A stretch of DNA of 64,000 nt from assembly GCA_009914755.4 (NCBI GenBank), contig CP068257.2:13984001-14048000 (forward strand). Reading direction: 5' to 3'. Source of the DNA: the human T2T-CHM13v2.0 reference genome, Homo sapiens. Numbering within the stretch: the stretch's first letter is position 1; each line of letters starts with the position of its first letter. Under the pieces are notes generated by a model, which had not been told where the DNA came from, made no database searches, and saw only the letters and a program-made list of their open reading frames with translations. The position numbers were made by a program, and so were the translations under genes. Positions 58,966 through 64,000 of the stretch are shown here, piece after piece.

Positions 58966-60809
58966 AACTAAGTCATTTTTTTATTTGAAAATTTATTCAA
59001 TGAAATGGATACTTTATTTTTAAAAAATTGAAATGTGTCTTCTCATTCACTCTAATGGGATTCAACCTATACAAGTTTGCTTCAAATATACACGTATTAC
59101 TTCTGAGGGCTGCCATTGCCATTACAAAAAGAAAAAAAAAAGAAGTCTACAGAGATAATAAATAGCTTTGCTATAAGGAATAGAGTATAAGAAAATATGA
59201 TGGCTTATGCTTATTCCCAACTACATTTTCTTTCGGACATTTCTGCTGTTTTATGAAAGCAAATATGCCAACTTTATTTGAAGTTTTGTTCAACAAAAGT
59301 GTTGCAACAGAACAATGTAGAGAGGAAAGGGTAGAAAATAATTGTGGTTATGAAGTTCACTTTAAAGGACTTAAAAATGGCATAAAAATAATCAAAAGTA
59401 ATGAGCTAACAATATTTAAACACAACTCCCATATTATGGGTTGTTTTCTTTTTAGTTAGTGGCAGCTTTTCAGAAGAAAAATATTAAGTTTTCAACATCA
59501 AATAAACTACCATCCCTACTTCCACTCAAATTACTGAGACTGACTTTTTTTCTAAATAGAAAACACCCTATTTAAAAAGTCAGTAGTATTTTTCTGGTAT
59601 TCAGAAATATTTCATTACTCACAAGTCTCTACCACAGCCCTCTGCCCACACAAAGAGTGACTTTGAAATAATAACTCATTTTCTCGAGAAAAATAAGGTG
59701 CTTATGCCGAGCTAGCCATAACAAATATCTAAAAATTGAATAGATTTCATCTTCAGTCTTGAACTCCTGACCTCAGGTGATCCACCCGCCTCATTGTAGG
59801 AACAGATGTTAGATCACAACAGGTAGAAAAGTGCATAAGAACTAAAGGCAAAGAATGTGGCTTTCAAGAAACTTAGTATGAAAAGAAAAGGGCTAAAAAA
59901 AATTTTTCCTTTTTGATGTTTATATAAAAACCACACTCAGAAAATAAAGGACTACTAGTCCATCTACAACAACAACAACAACAAAAAAGATTTCATCTTC
60001 AGGACCATTCGTACTCCAGAGTGCTTCACACAAGAATACAGGAGTGACCCTGGGGTTGGGCAATGCAACAGTGCTCTGATGGTTATAGAGTTATTCCACA
60101 TATACTATAAAAACTTCACTCGTAAACTCATCTCTTATCATTTGACATTATAGTCAAAATGGTATATTAGTACCATTAGTAATATTAAGTACACCTTGAC
60201 TTAAAGTCTACAGAAATGTAGCAATCACACTAAAGATGAATGGTACTCCAACTGCTGTTTTCTCTCCAAAATGTGTCAGGTAGTTACATTTATTTTGTAA
60301 AAGTCATCATCTGTTAAATGTCCAGATAAACTCAATACTTTATGAAAACATTGGCTAACTCTTTTGGAATTTGATTAGTTATACCCTAACATATTTTGTA
60401 AGTATGAATTCTTTTTATGTCTGACTCAAACAAGACTTCTCTTTTACGCTAGTGTCAAATTTTATTAGGTTGGTTCAAAAGCAATTGCGGTAATGAAATT
60501 GAAAGTGATGGCAAAAACCACAATTACTTTTGCAACAACCTAACAGCTGAGGGCTTGATTTTGGGCTCAACTTGCAATGTGAAAACTTGCATATAGTCAA
60601 CATTGTCTTTGAAAATCCCCTACATTGCTTGTAAAATATAGTCCGTGGTATTTCTACACCATATTTTAATATAATCTACCATTTCTAAGAGTCCAATACA
60701 GCCAGTCTTTCACTCAGCCTTGCACTAGGTTTTGTTTCTTCTGGAACAGATAATATACTTCGCTTAAGTTTCGGATGGGGAAGGTGCTTACACCATGAGA
60801 GGCCCATAA

Positions 60810-61298
<489 letters not shown>

Positions 61299-61850
61299 TA
61301 GAGTAGCAGTTCTCAATGTGGGTCGAGGGTCTAGGACATGGTTTTGCCTCTGAGGAGACGTTTGTCTAGGGACATTTTTGATACTTGTGACTGGGGGAAG
61401 GGGTGTCAATCTTATCTAAAGGATAGAGGCCAGGATGCTGCCAAATACCTTATAATATAGAAGACACTCCCCACAACAGAGTATTGTCCAGCTCAAAATA
61501 TCACCAGTGCCAAGGCTGAGAAACCTTCATCTAGGGTGGCAGAGTTACCATGAAATTTCATGCTCATTGAACTTGGATGAGGTACTGACTAGTACTATAT
61601 TATCAAGTATCTAACTCTATTTCTCGTCTCCTTAATTTTTTTCTCATATAGATGTTCCACTTTGAGCAGTAGTAAAGATTTTCTTTCCCATTATCTCTAT
61701 TCTTATTCATGATCGGAATGAGTCCTGTGAGGTCACCAGGGCCTCTAAGTTGTTAAAGGGTACACTTGGGAGGGGAGAGGCTACAAAATATGAAAAGAAA
61801 CTTGTTATTACTTTGGAGGTGGCCATTTGCCCATTCAGACAGGTAAGAGA

Positions 61851-62135
61851 GTCTGGGTATGGTGGCTCATGCCTGTAATTTCAACATTTGGGAGGCCAAG
61901 GCAGGAGAATTGCTTGAGCTCAGGAGTTCAAGAAAGACCAGCCTGGGCAACATAGCAATACTCTGTTTCTACAAAAAAATTAAAAATTATCCAGACGTGG
62001 TGGTGTGCAGCTGTAGTCAGGGCTACTTCGGAGGCTGAAGTGGGAAGATCACTTGAACCTGGGAGGTCAAGGCTGCAGAGAGCCATCATCATGCCACTTC
62101 ACTTCAGCCTGGGAAACAGAGTGAGACCTTGAAGA
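61851..62135 (+). mobile_element. Alu SINE (diverged)
   Basis: gtctgggtatggtggctcatgcctgtaatttcaacatttgggaggccaaggcaggagaattgcttgagctcaggagttcaagaaagaccagcctgggcaacatagcaatac...ccacttcacttcagcctgggaaacagagtgagacc. Confidence 0.9.
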
Positions 62136-62218
62136 AGAAAGAAAGAAAGGAAAGGAAGAAGAAAGAAAGAAAGGAAGGAAGGAAGAAAGGAAGGAAGGAA
62201 GAAAGAAAGCAAGAAACC
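62136..62218. repeat. (GAAA)n/(GGAA)n microsatellite derived from the Alu tail
   Basis: ttgaagaagaaagaaagaaaggaaaggaagaagaaagaaagaaaggaaggaaggaagaaaggaaggaaggaagaaagaaagcaag read directly after the Alu body. Confidence 0.9.
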
Positions 62219-62939
62219 ACAACTGGAAGCCTTAGGAGGTTGGCATGTAGTGGATATTTCTTTTCCATTCCCTAAACTGTAAGTGTTTAAAATAACTATT
62301 TTCTTTATTTTTTGTAGTTTACTTTGAATGGCCTTTATACAGAAAAAAAGAATCAAATTTTGTTCTTAAAAATTATTTTTGTTAGAGACAAATGTTAGAG
62401 ACAAAAACATGCCTCCAAAACTAGGCATGTTTATAGAGATCATGAAACTTCAGAAAATTCTAAAACCATGACTCGTGACAAATAATTATACTTAGGGGAA
62501 AAATCTGAGAAAGCAGCAACTTCAGCACCCTTACCAATGAAGTATTAAAAACAAATGGGGAAATAAAAAGATATTGTTGGGATTTTAAATATGGCTTAAA
62601 ATTTAATAGTGCTAGAATTTATTTTAAAAGTCTAAAATCTTTTAATACTCACACTGACTAGTAAAACTGCTTGTAACATTCGCCATCAAAACAGAAATTT
62701 GTTGAGGCAAAAGGAGAGAGATCACAATGCAAAGCATCGCAATAATTCAGAATACTATGGTAGCACATTTCAACATTCCATCTCATCTGAGATCTATCTA
62801 TATGCTTTCCTTCTACAATACATAGGAGTGTATAATAAATATGCAATGATTATCACATGCCTTTCCTACATAAGATTTTGAAACCTCTCAGTTGTTCCCT
62901 GATGAGCCAGACTGTAAGACTATATGTTCTCATCAGTTA

Positions 62940-63110
62940 CTACCTAGTCCCACCCCCAACACCCCCATCTCCACCACCACTACCATCAACACCACCATCA
63001 CCATTACACCATCACCCCCATCATCTCCTCCATCAGTCGATGCATGGACACCACCTCCACTACTATCGTGACTATCACCACTGCCACCATCACATCACTG
63101 CTCTGAAACA
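62940..63110. repeat. CCA/CAC/CAT-rich low-complexity tract (imperfect trinucleotide repeat)
   Basis: ccacccccaacacccccatctccaccaccactaccatcaacaccaccatcaccattacaccatcacccccatcatctcctccatcag...caccacctccactactatcgtgactatcaccactgccaccatcacatcac. Confidence 0.85.
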
Positions 63111-64000
63111 ATTTCTCTGGATTCAAACGGTCCCGAAATCTAAGATAATTCTAGATAGGGGTTTGAATTAACTATTGATCAAGTCAAGGACTTACCGTGA
63201 AATATAACAGACATATCAGATATTCAAACTGAATTCTAAAATAATGCAGAGAAATATCTATATGTTTTTGGTTTATAGTTGTTGTTCTAAGCAATAAGTC
63301 ATAAAAAGAAAGTTATGATAGATTTGATGATCTAAAACCCAACATGTTTGGCATGTCAGAAATGCAACAAATAGAATTGAAACACTAACAATGGTTTTAA
63401 AAAAGTCTTGTTTAAGTCAGTAAGGATGAATAGTGCTACTATTTATATTTATTCATATGGATAAGCCTTAGAGAGAATCCTGTTTACTCAGAAAATGATA
63501 GATTTGAGATGCTTGTAAAATATATATGAGTTATTAAGTAGATAATTGTATATTTATACAACTAAAAAGGCATTCAAATAATTTTTTGCTATTAAACTCT
63601 TACTTTGAATGTGCCATGAAAATGTTTATTTTATATTTCTGAAAGTATGTTTCCAGCAATATCTCCTAACCCTTTTAAAAGTCAGCTCCTATCTTCTGGA
63701 TGAAGTAAATGATGCCAGATTCAGTTCTGTTCTCCTTCTCTTTTTGGAAGCATTATAATATTAATGACTTAATTGTCATACATATTTATGTTTTAGAACC
63801 TAACTGGGGTCTGCTCTCCCATCGGAGCAAAGCCAGTCACTGACATTGGGATAGCAATGAGAGAATGTGAGTCATTTATTGCAGGACACCAAGCAAGGAG
63901 TTAAGGCTGCTCATGCTTAGGACTTGAACTCCTCAATGGCTTGCAGATAAGAGATTTTAGAGATAGGGGTACATTTCAGGAGAGCAGAGGTTACAGGCAA

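Overview
This 64 kb window reads as primate (almost certainly human) nuclear DNA from a repeat-dense, AT-rich, gene-poor region, probably intronic or intergenic. It is not prokaryotic sequence. I see no operons, CRISPR arrays, rRNA or tRNA genes, and no candidate new gene system. What the sequence supports directly: about 21 full or near-full Alu SINEs on both strands plus 3 fragments, many with readable target-site duplications (TSDs); several LINE-1 3'-end fragments; one 5'-truncated SVA with a probable 3' transduction; a roughly 2.8 kb degenerate endogenous-retrovirus internal region on the minus strand with gag, protease and reverse-transcriptase remnants; at least nine LTR-like elements in four sequence families (one recognisable as THE1/MST-type ERVL-MaLR, the others only as LTR-like); and several di- and tetranucleotide microsatellites. 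I could not support any cellular protein-coding exon. The longer ORFs in the supplied track are almost all frame artefacts of Alu, SVA-VNTR, microsatellite or ERV sequence. Family names for the non-Alu repeats come from memory of consensus sequences and need RepeatMasker/Dfam confirmation. Coordinates of repeat ends are approximate, within about 10 bp.
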